From: Fibrobacteria bacterium
GTDB taxonomy: Bacteria > Fibrobacterota > Chitinivibrionia > Chitinivibrionales > FEN-1185
Assembly: GCA_037447435.1 (NCBI GenBank)
Contig: JBBIGR010000020.1
Coordinates: forward strand, 10,850-74,849
Direction: 5' to 3'
Length of the DNA: 64,000 bases
Under the pieces are notes generated by a model that saw only the letters and a program-made list of their open reading frames with translations, made no database searches and had not been told where the DNA came from. Position numbers and translations under genes: made by a program. This document shows, in pieces, positions 39,907 to 49,091 of this stretch (positions are counted from its first letter, which is position 1; every line of letters starts with the position of its first letter).

Positions 39907-41073
39907 ATGAAAAAACTGAAATCCATAGTTGCGATCTTGTTTTGCTTTGGATTTTTCACAATATCGTTAGCAGCTTTGAGTGCCGATGACCAGGCCATTG
40001 CCGATAAGTTTTTGAAGCGTTCGCATACCTTAAGCGGCGTGACAACATTACCCTATCGACTTTTTGTTCCTGCCAATTACTCGAAAACGACACGGTATCC
40101 TTTAGTCCTTACCCTGCACGGCGGCGGGGAAAGGGGAAATGACAATGTTGCGCAAATCACCGGACATATTCTTGCCGTTGTTTGGGCCAGGGATTCAAAT
40201 CAAACCAAGCATCCCTGTTTTGTCCTGTCTCCGCAAATGCCCGCAGGTGCAAATTGGGCACCAATGTGGGAAGGTATTGTCGGCTCCTATTCCTTAACGC
40301 GAGGTGAAACCGATCCGATGAAAGTCGCGATTGCAATTGTGGATTCGCTTCGCAGAGAATTTTCCATCGATTCGACGCGCATATATGTGACCGGAATGTC
40401 CCGGGGCGGTTATGGGACATGGGACGCGGTGGAACGCTTTCCCAAACTGTTTGCCGCAGGCGGAGCAATGGCCGGCGGCGGCGATTCGTCGCTTGCGGTC
40501 GTAAAGGGGATAAACGACGTTGCAATGTGGGCTTTTCATTGTCAGGACGATAACACGGTGCAACCCGCAGGCTCACGTCAAATGATTGCGGCGCTTGCGA
40601 AAGCCGGGCGCCAGGCAGTTATCACCAATTACAATATCGGAAGCGGCACGGGCCCTAATTTGACCAATAAACAAATGGATTCTCTCATGAAAACAAACCC
40701 CAAACTGTTGTATTCGGAATATTTAAACGGCGGGCACGAAGGATCGTGGCATGCGGTCAGCGGATATCCGAATACGGAACGCGGCTTTGACAATCCGTTT
40801 TACATCGATTGGCTTATGGCCCAAAAAAGGCCGGTCGCGACAACGGTTTCGCAAAAATCGGCATTTGCCGCAGACAGGGAAACGCAAGCAGGATTTTCCC
40901 GTAAAGTAATAGCGACGAATGCTTCCATTGCATTTCCCCTGCAAATGAAAAATTCCAGAATTTCATTGTATTCGGTTACAGGCCAAAACCTGGGTGAGTT
41001 TACCCTGAATTGCGAAGCCCGGATAGAAAATGTCCGGCTATCGGGTATTGTCCTGTATAAAACTGTAAAGTGA
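39907..41073 (+). CDS. Secreted alpha/beta-hydrolase (esterase-like) with T9SS-like C-terminal domain
   Basis: Signal peptide, LPYRLFVP, LHGGGE, GMSRGG, DNTV, GGH; tail YSVTGQ...GIVLYK. Confidence 0.85.
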   Translation: MKKLKSIVAILFCFGFFTISLAALSADDQAIADKFLKRSHTLSGVTTLPYRLFVPANYSKTTRYPLVLTLHGGGERGNDNVAQITGHILAVVWARDSNQTKHPCFVLSPQMPAGANWAPMWEGIVGSYSLTRGETDPMKVAIAIVDSLRREFSIDSTRIYVTGMSRGGYGTWDAVERFPKLFAAGGAMAGGGDSSLAVVKGINDVAMWAFHCQDDNTVQPAGSRQMIAALAKAGRQAVITNYNIGSGTGPNLTNKQMDSLMKTNPKLLYSEYLNGGHEGSWHAVSGYPNTERGFDNPFYIDWLMAQKRPVATTVSQKSAFAADRETQAGFSRKVIATNASIAFPLQMKNSRISLYSVTGQNLGEFTLNCEARIENVRLSGIVLYKTVK

Positions 41074-41130
41074 TAAAAATATGTACAACAACGGTTAATT
41101 ATGTCTGACGGGAAATAATGGGGGCAATAC

Positions 41131-42345
41131 ATGAAACCGGGTTTAGTATTTCGAGCTGCGGTTATTTGTTTGGTTTTGCAGGTTTCTTCGCAGGCAAGTA
41201 TCTCTGCGCAAGATCAGGCGATTGTCAATACGTTCCTGTATCGGTCGCATACGGCATCGAACGTGACGTTGCCGTACCGGCTTTTTGTCCCGAAAAACAT
41301 GATTGCCAGCGAACGGTATCCTTTAGTCGTAACCCTGCACGGTGCCGGCGAGGTGGGCAACAACAATACCAATCAGGTGAACGCACATCCTATCGCGGCT
41401 ATTTGGGCGCGTGATTCCAATCAGGCCAAGCAGAAATGTTTTGTGGCATCACCCCAGGCGCCGTCGTGGGACCAGCGATGGTGCGATTTTCCAAGCGGTA
41501 TTACCGGAACGTATTCCACGGACAAAATTTCCGAAAACAACCAGATGCGATGTGTCAAGGCGATCATAGACTCCCTTCGCAGGGCCTATCCCATAGACTC
41601 GAATCGCATTTACATTTGCGGAATGTCGATGGGCGGGTTCGGTACTTTCGATGCAATACTCCGGTATCCGACATTGTTTGCCGCCGCAGCCGTCATGTGC
41701 GGAGGCGGGGATTCCGCAACGCTGAAATTAAGCAGCATCAAAGACGTTTCACTGTGGTTTTTCCATTCGAACAACGACGGAACCGTACCGCCGTCATGCT
41801 CGCGCATACTGATCGCGGCGCTGCAAAAGCTCGGCCGTAAACTTGCAATCACCAATTGCGTTCCGGGTACCGGCACCTGTCCCAACCTCAGCGGACCGCA
41901 AATGGATTCCCTTATGAAAACGAACCCGACATTTATTTCTTCGGAGTATACCGGCGGCGATCATGAGGGCGGATGGCGCGATGTGAGCACGTCGACAATC
42001 AAGGGACGCGGTTGCGATAATCCGTTCTTTGTCGCATGGATGCTTTCGCAAAAAAGGCCGCTTGCAGCGACGCCGGTGCGCGCGGATGGGCTTTTGCACA
42101 ATAAATCCGTTCCCGCAAACAACGCAAAAGCCGTGATGTATGGTAGCAACGGTATCGTACTTCCCGACGAATTGCGCGGATCTTTTTTTGCCGTATATTC
42201 GCTGACCGGACAGCTCGTAGGCAACGCGTTTGTCGGGAAAAACGGAACGGTCTCGATACGTGCGTCGCATACCTTCGGTAAAGGCGGAGTCGTTGTTTTG
42301 CGGCCCGTGCAAACAGAACCGGCGATCGACACGAAGAAACCTTAG
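41131..42345 (+). CDS. Secreted alpha/beta-hydrolase, tandem paralog
   Basis: LPYRLFVP, LHGAGE, GMSMGG, DGTV, GDH; tail YSLTGQ...GVVVLR. Confidence 0.85.
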   Translation: MKPGLVFRAAVICLVLQVSSQASISAQDQAIVNTFLYRSHTASNVTLPYRLFVPKNMIASERYPLVVTLHGAGEVGNNNTNQVNAHPIAAIWARDSNQAKQKCFVASPQAPSWDQRWCDFPSGITGTYSTDKISENNQMRCVKAIIDSLRRAYPIDSNRIYICGMSMGGFGTFDAILRYPTLFAAAAVMCGGGDSATLKLSSIKDVSLWFFHSNNDGTVPPSCSRILIAALQKLGRKLAITNCVPGTGTCPNLSGPQMDSLMKTNPTFISSEYTGGDHEGGWRDVSTSTIKGRGCDNPFFVAWMLSQKRPLAATPVRADGLLHNKSVPANNAKAVMYGSNGIVLPDELRGSFFAVYSLTGQLVGNAFVGKNGTVSIRASHTFGKGGVVVLRPVQTEPAIDTKKP

Positions 42346-43874
42346 TTCCCGGAAAAAATCACGAGCGGTTTTTGTAAGTAAACAAGAATCGGAATGAATT
42401 TGAGCTTTGTATACACGAGAATACTTGTGCCGGACAGGAAAATGCCGTAGCAGACCGCAAACGATATATAGCGAAGCCGGATGTCCCACGATGAAAAAAC
42501 AGTGTCGAACAAGTGAAATGCGTAAATTCCGAACAGCAATAAACCAAAGTTGAGCAACACCGGAATAGTCAAAACCTGCCTGCAAAACCGCACGGTCCCG
42601 ATCCTGAGAAGTTTATTGATTAATATGACAAGGATGGTGGCGCCCACGGCATACGCCGTTGCGGTGCCTATGACGATTCCGCGAAACCCGAAAAGCTTGC
42701 AAAGCGTATACGATAAAACGATGTTGCATATCGCCATAATCGCATTCGACAAGGTTTCGCGTTCCGGTTTGCCCATTCCTTTCGCAATCGAACTGCCGAC
42801 ACCGGTCAGCAGGATGAACATGGTGCCGACAAGCAATATTCGAAACACATATGCGCTTTGCGGGTCGACAGCCGGGCCGATCCATAAAAACAATATGGAA
42901 TGCGCTTGAGGATAAAAAAAGGCTATGATGCCGAAAAAAAGAGCCGCACAATATTTTGTCCCGTTTTCATAGAGATGAATGAGCGCTTTTAAGTCGTTGT
43001 TTGAATTAAGCTCCGATGCGCGTGAAAACACGATGCTGAAAAACATCATTGGTAAATCGCGGAGAAACAGGATGATTTTGGATCCTATATCGTAAATCAC
43101 CACATACCGGGCATCGAGCATTTTTGCGAGTATCAGTTTGTCGAAATTCAAGGCAACCCAGTTCGAGAAAAATGATATTTGAATTTTTATGCCGAACCCG
43201 TACATGACTGCAACTTTTTCCCATTTGAAAAAACGGGGAGAAATGGACAGCGTCGGAATAATCCGTATGCTGATCCAAATATGCAAAACCAGCACAACCA
43301 GATTACCCACGAAAGTGGCGATGATAAGCGCTTCGATTTTAAACTTGTTGGCGAGCAGGGCCACGACAAGGCCCACATAGAGAAGGCGCGACGCAATGGA
43401 CATGACGCTTGTTATATCGAACCGCTGACAGCCTTGCGGTATCGAAAGGAAAATCTGGTCGACGAGAGCGACGCACGAGGTAAGAACGATGAACATGAAC
43501 AGCATGTTGACGTGTGAAGAATAATTCGATTTTAAAAGGAAGGAGAGTACGGGCGGTGAAAAAACGAATGCGATGATGACGACAATAAAAGATAATAGGA
43601 GAAGTAAATAAAACGCCGTTGAAATGAACTCGTTTAAATTACGGATTTCCCTGCGGGCATGATACTCTGCGATGAATTTTCGAAACGAGGTGGAAATACC
43701 GAATTGGGCCAGCATAAGGTAATCGAGAACGGAAAGGAAAATGACCCAGATACTGTAAATGTTCACGCCGAGATGATGGATGATGAAAGGAATAAGCAAC
43801 ACGCCGGTTATTGCCGACACGCCTTTGTCTACAAACGAATATGCGGTATTTGTGGGAATGGATTTTCGCTTCAT
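42342..43874 (-). CDS. Polysaccharide flippase (Wzx/MOP superfamily)
   Basis: Many TM helices, LLIPFIIHHLG, FDKLIL; start uncertain (43874 or 43913). Confidence 0.85.
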   Translation of the reverse strand: MKRKSIPTNTAYSFVDKGVSAITGVLLIPFIIHHLGVNIYSIWVIFLSVLDYLMLAQFGISTSFRKFIAEYHARREIRNLNEFISTAFYLLLLLSFIVVIIAFVFSPPVLSFLLKSNYSSHVNMLFMFIVLTSCVALVDQIFLSIPQGCQRFDITSVMSIASRLLYVGLVVALLANKFKIEALIIATFVGNLVVLVLHIWISIRIIPTLSISPRFFKWEKVAVMYGFGIKIQISFFSNWVALNFDKLILAKMLDARYVVIYDIGSKIILFLRDLPMMFFSIVFSRASELNSNNDLKALIHLYENGTKYCAALFFGIIAFFYPQAHSILFLWIGPAVDPQSAYVFRILLVGTMFILLTGVGSSIAKGMGKPERETLSNAIMAICNIVLSYTLCKLFGFRGIVIGTATAYAVGATILVILINKLLRIGTVRFCRQVLTIPVLLNFGLLLFGIYAFHLFDTVFSSWDIRLRYISFAVCYGIFLSGTSILVYTKLKFIPILVYLQKPLVIFSGN

Positions 43875-44057
43875 TATGCCCGTAAAAATATGTGGCATTT
43901 GAAATGGGGGCAAGGGGTAATATTAAAAACAAGCAGTGGTAAACTTCGCTCTCCACGATTGCTTCGGAGAGCATGCCGCAACCGGAGATTTTAAGCCAGG
44001 ATACTGCCTTGGCGTCCCGGCCTTAAATAACAATGGAAAATGCGAATTCCGATGGTT

Positions 44058-44738
44058 TTATCGGGAAACCATAAACTTTTGCGTCGCTATGACCCGGCCG
44101 TTCGTTTCCATTGTCATAAGGTAAACGCCGGGAGTCGCGCTCAACCGGGCCGCCGGCCCGACCGCGGTTTCATTGACCAAAATTCCTTGTGCGTTAAATA
44201 TTTTCACGACATAATTCCCGGGTTGCGAATTGACAAAATTAAAAAGGCCCCTTCCGTTACCCTGGAGTATGGGTAGGGGGTTTTGGGTCGATTTTTTTGC
44301 GGACATTCCGGTTTGTACATTTGTCCCGGACGTGACGACGAATTCGCCGATTTTGACGGGCAAGACCGCGATCATTGGACATAACCGGGGAGGCGGGCAA
44401 TAAAACGATTGCTCGCGGAAAATCGAATACTTTCCTGCCGGAAGTTTTCCGCCTTTAAAGGCATGCCAGGTGCCGGCGACAAGGCATTTACATGTTGCAC
44501 AGAGGTCGGTATTAAGGGAAAACGACAGGTACACAATGCTGTCCGAAACGCCGACAACTGGATTTACAAATTCGGAACAGCAGCAGGCGTTGGCATTGTA
44601 ATAATTGTACGTGATGGAGTCTTTTACGGTCGGATGAGCCGGTACGGTATAAACCGAATCCCCTTGGGAACCGATTTGCGCAAATGAACAAAGGGCAAAA
44701 ACAAAGCAAACGATTATTGCGTTTTTAAAAGTTTTCAT
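44058..44738 (-). CDS. Secreted Cys-rich protein with T9SS type-A-like CTD
   Basis: Signal peptide; CCC, CATCKC, CPPPRLC; tail IFNAQGILV...GVYLMTM...TQKF. Confidence 0.8.
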   Translation of the reverse strand: MKTFKNAIIVCFVFALCSFAQIGSQGDSVYTVPAHPTVKDSITYNYYNANACCCSEFVNPVVGVSDSIVYLSFSLNTDLCATCKCLVAGTWHAFKGGKLPAGKYSIFREQSFYCPPPRLCPMIAVLPVKIGEFVVTSGTNVQTGMSAKKSTQNPLPILQGNGRGLFNFVNSQPGNYVVKIFNAQGILVNETAVGPAARLSATPGVYLMTMETNGRVIATQKFMVSR

Positions 44739-44997
44739 AGTGTGCTCCTTGATTTATAGGCTACCTTCCTGTCTGCATTAATAAATATAAGCATAGTTTT
44801 CCGGATTTAGTCGGAATCAGTATAAAAATCGCTTCCCACGGTGAGCACATCCGCGTATAAATTGCAGCATGGTGGCATGACAGCAGGAACCGATTATTTT
44901 ATGGAAGGAAAAAATCGTCTTATTCCAGAGGCCGGCCCGTATATTGCACGGGTAACCATTTGTATTTTTTTTAATTTATGCAGAATCGAAAAATTGT

Positions 44998-45981
44998 ATG
45001 AAATGCATTGTCATGTTTTCAGGAGGTTTGGACAGCACCATTGCCGTTCATATGATGCAGCGGCAGGGGCTCGATGTATTGGCATTGCATTTTGTGTTGC
45101 CGTTTTATTCGGGCATCGGGTTGTCGCATGCGGGAATTAAAGCAAGGGCTGCCGCGCTCAATGTCCCGCTGCGTATCGAAGAGGAAGGCCAGGAATATCT
45201 GGATATGTTCCGAACACGGTTGTACGGGTTCGGAAAGAACATCAATCCCTGCGTGGATTGCAGAATACACCGGCTTACCAAAGCCGCAATCATCATGAAG
45301 CAGGAAGGCGCTTCTTTTATCGCGACGGGCGAAGTCGTTGGCCAGCGACCCATGTCGCAACGGCGGGATTGCTTGACAATTATAGAAAACGAAAGCGGGC
45401 TTAAAGGGCTTATTTTACGGCCCCTCTGCGCCAAAACAATGAAACCGACGCTTGCCGAAGAAAACGGATGGGTGCAACGCGATGAATTGTTCGGTTGGGG
45501 CGGACGGGGACGAAAATCCCAAATGGCCTATGCCGAAAAATTCAACTTGTCGTATCCGACGCCTGCCGGAGGGTGCTTGCTTACCCACGCGCGTTCCGCC
45601 GAACGCTATGCCGACTTGGCAAAATATAATCCCGAATTTTCGATAAACGATTTCAAACTGGTCGCCCACGGCAGGCATTTCAGGCTGAGTCCCCGTTCGA
45701 AACTTATCATGGCACGATACGACAGCGAAAACGATCCGATTTTAAATCTTGCACAGCCCCAAGATTGGCTGGTGAATGTCTGCGATATCATAGGGCCGCT
45801 GGGCATATTGCGCGGCGATGCCGACGATGAACTGATAAAGAAGGCCTGCGCTATTTTTACGAAATATACCCGGGCCCGGGATATGCAAATCGCTACCGTC
45901 AAACTTGAACGCGCCGGTGAAACGCGAATCGTAGCGGTTGTTCCGGCCAATGAAACGGAATGCGAAAGCGTACGGGTATGA
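44998..45981 (+). CDS. PP-loop tRNA thiolation-type enzyme (ThiI/MnmA-like, no THUMP)
   Basis: SGGLDS, NPCVDC, TGEVVGQRPMSQ, PAGGCLLT, GRHFRL. Confidence 0.8.
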   Translation: MKCIVMFSGGLDSTIAVHMMQRQGLDVLALHFVLPFYSGIGLSHAGIKARAAALNVPLRIEEEGQEYLDMFRTRLYGFGKNINPCVDCRIHRLTKAAIIMKQEGASFIATGEVVGQRPMSQRRDCLTIIENESGLKGLILRPLCAKTMKPTLAEENGWVQRDELFGWGGRGRKSQMAYAEKFNLSYPTPAGGCLLTHARSAERYADLAKYNPEFSINDFKLVAHGRHFRLSPRSKLIMARYDSENDPILNLAQPQDWLVNVCDIIGPLGILRGDADDELIKKACAIFTKYTRARDMQIATVKLERAGETRIVAVVPANETECESVRV

Positions 45982-46970
45982 ATATGAAGGCCATGGTCCT
46001 GGAAAAAACCGGCGGGCCTCTGGTGCTGCAAAACATTCCCGTTGGCAAACCCGGTCCCTGCGACGTTTTGATCCGCATCAGCGTCTGCGGCGTATGCCGT
46101 ACCGACCTTCACATTCTGCACGGGGAACTCTACAAAGCAAAATTGCCGCTTATTATGGGACATGAAATTGTCGGCACTGTTGTTGCTTTGGGAGAAAACG
46201 CCCGAGCGTTTTCGATCGGCGAACGGGTCGGCGTTCCATGGCTTGGGCAAACCTGCGGGACCTGCGGGTATTGCATGAAGGCTAAAGAAAATTTATGCGA
46301 CGAAGCACTGTTTACCGGATACACGAAAAACGGCGGCTATGCCGAATATGCCGTTGCCGACGAAAAGTATTGTTTTAGAATTCCTTCGTATTTTGACGAT
46401 GTGTCGGCAGCGCCGTTGCTGTGCGCAGGCCTGATAGGCTACAGGGCCTTTGCCATGGTCCCGTCCGATGCCGTGAACATTGGACTGTACGGATTCGGCG
46501 CTGCGGCGCATATCATCGCACAGATCGCGGTTTTTTTGGGGAAACGGGTGTATGCCTTTACAAAACCGCATGATACGGAGACGCAGGATTTCGCAAGGAG
46601 CCTCGGCGCCGTTTGGGCGGCCGATTCCTCGCAAATGCCGCCCGAAAAACTTGACGCAGCAATAATTTTCGCACCCATGGGCGCATTGGTTCCCCTTGCA
46701 CTTAGGGCATGCGATAAGGGCGCCACGGTTGTTTGCGGCGGGATACACATGAGCGACATTCCCTCGTTTTCCTATGATATCTTATGGGGCGAACGCGTGA
46801 TCAGGTCCGTCGCCAATCTTACTCGTAAAGATGCCGAGGATGGTTTGGCCCTTGCGGCAAAAGTGCCCGTGAAAATCCGCACGACGGCCTACGGCCTTAC
46901 ACAGGCAAACGTGGCGTTGGATGCGGTTGAAAAGGGGAAACATGACGGCGCAGTCGTCCTTGTCATTTGA
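45978..46970 (+). CDS. Zinc-dependent alcohol dehydrogenase
   Basis: CGVCRTD, GHE, CGTCGYC...C, APLLCAG, GFGAAA. Confidence 0.95.
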   Translation: MNMKAMVLEKTGGPLVLQNIPVGKPGPCDVLIRISVCGVCRTDLHILHGELYKAKLPLIMGHEIVGTVVALGENARAFSIGERVGVPWLGQTCGTCGYCMKAKENLCDEALFTGYTKNGGYAEYAVADEKYCFRIPSYFDDVSAAPLLCAGLIGYRAFAMVPSDAVNIGLYGFGAAAHIIAQIAVFLGKRVYAFTKPHDTETQDFARSLGAVWAADSSQMPPEKLDAAIIFAPMGALVPLALRACDKGATVVCGGIHMSDIPSFSYDILWGERVIRSVANLTRKDAEDGLALAAKVPVKIRTTAYGLTQANVALDAVEKGKHDGAVVLVI

Positions 46971-46991
46971 ATTTCATCCGCGCCGCTTTCT

Positions 46992-49091
46992 CTAATTTTG
47001 ATCAAAAGTCAAATCGTACCGGCCGGGCTCGCCGAGTTTTTGGCACAACTCATTGATTTCTTTTTTCATTTCTATCATACGCAACTCGCGGCCAACCATG
47101 GCGCGGTTGAATCGGCTTAGGTCTTGATAGTTTTGACGCAAATCTTCTGCGTCGCGTTTAATTTGCTCCTCAAAGTATTTACGGTCGGATATGTCGACAA
47201 ATGTGCCCAGAAGCGCCGGTTTCCCGTTGTAGGTTATCGGCCGAACCGACGATAAACTCCAAAAGGGCGTACCGTCTTTGCGCTTGAGCCTGACTTCGTA
47301 TTCGGCGATCGAGCCGTGCTTTTTAAGAATATTCAACACCCTGGTCCGTTCCTGCGGATTAAAGTAAATGTTCATGACTTCTTTGCCCAATACTTCGGAT
47401 TCTTCGTATCCGAACCCTTTCAAATAAGCCGGATTGACGTATAAAAATACTGATTCGGGAAGTCCGATAACGCCTATGCCTACGGGGGTGGTTTCCGCTA
47501 TTGCCTTGAAACGCTCTTCGCTTTCCCGCAAAGCTTTTTCGGCTGCGACTTGTTCGGTTATGTCGACTGCAAAGGACACAAATTGAACGACATTACCAAG
47601 CGGGTCGAAGATAGGGTAAAACGTGAGGTCCAAAACATTCTCTTTAAAGTAATCCCGGAATTTGACCGGCTTTTTCATCCGGACCATTTCGGTAATTTGC
47701 TTTTTTCGATTTTCATGAAAATCAACGGGCAAGAGGTCGAATAAATTCTTGCCGACAAAATCCGGCTTGCCGTTGTTCAAACGATCACTCGCTTTTTTGT
47801 TTGCGGCAAGAACGTTTCCATCCAAATCCAATAACATCAGGGTTTCCGAAACGCCGTCGAATATTGCGGACAAGCGTTCTTTACTTGTACGAAGCGCCTC
47901 TTCCGCCTGTTTACGTCCGGAAATATCTTTACTGAATATCGCAACGCCGGAAATGTCGCCGTGCGCATTACGCACCGGGCAAAAAGTATGGTCGAATATG
48001 ATGCCGTCACGCTCATCCTCGAACCTGACTTCGGCGCCGCAGGCGATCATTTCCTCGATCTTTGCTTTTCTTATTTTGCCGACATCCGGGGGGAGCAAAT
48101 CATAGCAATTTTTCCCGATAACGTCGCAGGATTTCATACCCAGGCGTTTTATTGCCGTTTCATTGGCCGATAAAATGGTGCCGCCCAGGTCCATGAGGAA
48201 AATTGATTCATTCGCCGCATTCAGGATTGCACTTGATTTTTGCTCGCTTTCCCGAAGCGCATCAACTGCCCGATCGCGTTCCGTGATGTCCCGGTTGACG
48301 CCGACGAAGCCGATAGGAGTACCTTCATAGTCCCTTAGAAGCATGGTAACCGAATCGAAAACAACCTGTTTACCGGATTTTGCGGTTTGTACGATTCTCG
48401 CCGATACAGGTCCTATTTCCGTAAGGTTTCTGTCTAGTATGGTCCGCATTTCGGGCTCGAGCGCAGGGCCGAAAACGGCGAATATCGATTTTCCGATCAT
48501 TTCTTTTTCTTTATAGCCGTATGCCTTTTCCGCCGCCTTATTCCAGGCGATAATGCGAAAGTGCATATCGGTGGCGTAGACGACGTCGGTGATATTTGCA
48601 AGCAAATTTGCTTGAAACCGCATACGGTCTTCGGCCCGTTTGCGTACGGTTATATCGCGGCCGTAAAAATTAACATACCCTTCGTCGATGATTGGAACCA
48701 GGGCGAAATTGTAAACGCGGCCGTTACAGACGATATTCTCGATCCGTTGTGTCTGGACAATCAATAATTCTGAAACGGTTTGCCGCAACTCGCTTGGGAC
48801 CGTGCCGCCGATTTCACATCCCCACATTTGCAAAAACGGCCTGCTCGGTTCATTGGCATACAAGACAACGCCCCGGTCGCTTATCCGCAAGATCGGACTG
48901 GGACTTTCATCGGGCAACCGGACGAGGTTCCGCATTTCGGATTCAATGCGCTTTCGTTCCAGAATTTCGGCTTCGAGCCTTTTATTGGCCGCCTCAAGTT
49001 CCTGTTCCCGCAGATTGACTTTATTCTCAAGTTCTGTGCAGTAGATTTCAAACTCGGCTTCCGACATGCGGACTTTGGATTTTGTATTCAT
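46992..49091 (-). CDS. Multi-PAS protein with no enzymatic output domain
   Basis: About five PAS repeats ending in RDIT/KDIS/VDIT/VDIS; terminal coiled coil RELRMIEMKKEINEL. Confidence 0.88.
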   Translation of the reverse strand: MNTKSKVRMSEAEFEIYCTELENKVNLREQELEAANKRLEAEILERKRIESEMRNLVRLPDESPSPILRISDRGVVLYANEPSRPFLQMWGCEIGGTVPSELRQTVSELLIVQTQRIENIVCNGRVYNFALVPIIDEGYVNFYGRDITVRKRAEDRMRFQANLLANITDVVYATDMHFRIIAWNKAAEKAYGYKEKEMIGKSIFAVFGPALEPEMRTILDRNLTEIGPVSARIVQTAKSGKQVVFDSVTMLLRDYEGTPIGFVGVNRDITERDRAVDALRESEQKSSAILNAANESIFLMDLGGTILSANETAIKRLGMKSCDVIGKNCYDLLPPDVGKIRKAKIEEMIACGAEVRFEDERDGIIFDHTFCPVRNAHGDISGVAIFSKDISGRKQAEEALRTSKERLSAIFDGVSETLMLLDLDGNVLAANKKASDRLNNGKPDFVGKNLFDLLPVDFHENRKKQITEMVRMKKPVKFRDYFKENVLDLTFYPIFDPLGNVVQFVSFAVDITEQVAAEKALRESEERFKAIAETTPVGIGVIGLPESVFLYVNPAYLKGFGYEESEVLGKEVMNIYFNPQERTRVLNILKKHGSIAEYEVRLKRKDGTPFWSLSSVRPITYNGKPALLGTFVDISDRKYFEEQIKRDAEDLRQNYQDLSRFNRAMVGRELRMIEMKKEINELCQKLGEPGRYDLTFDQN

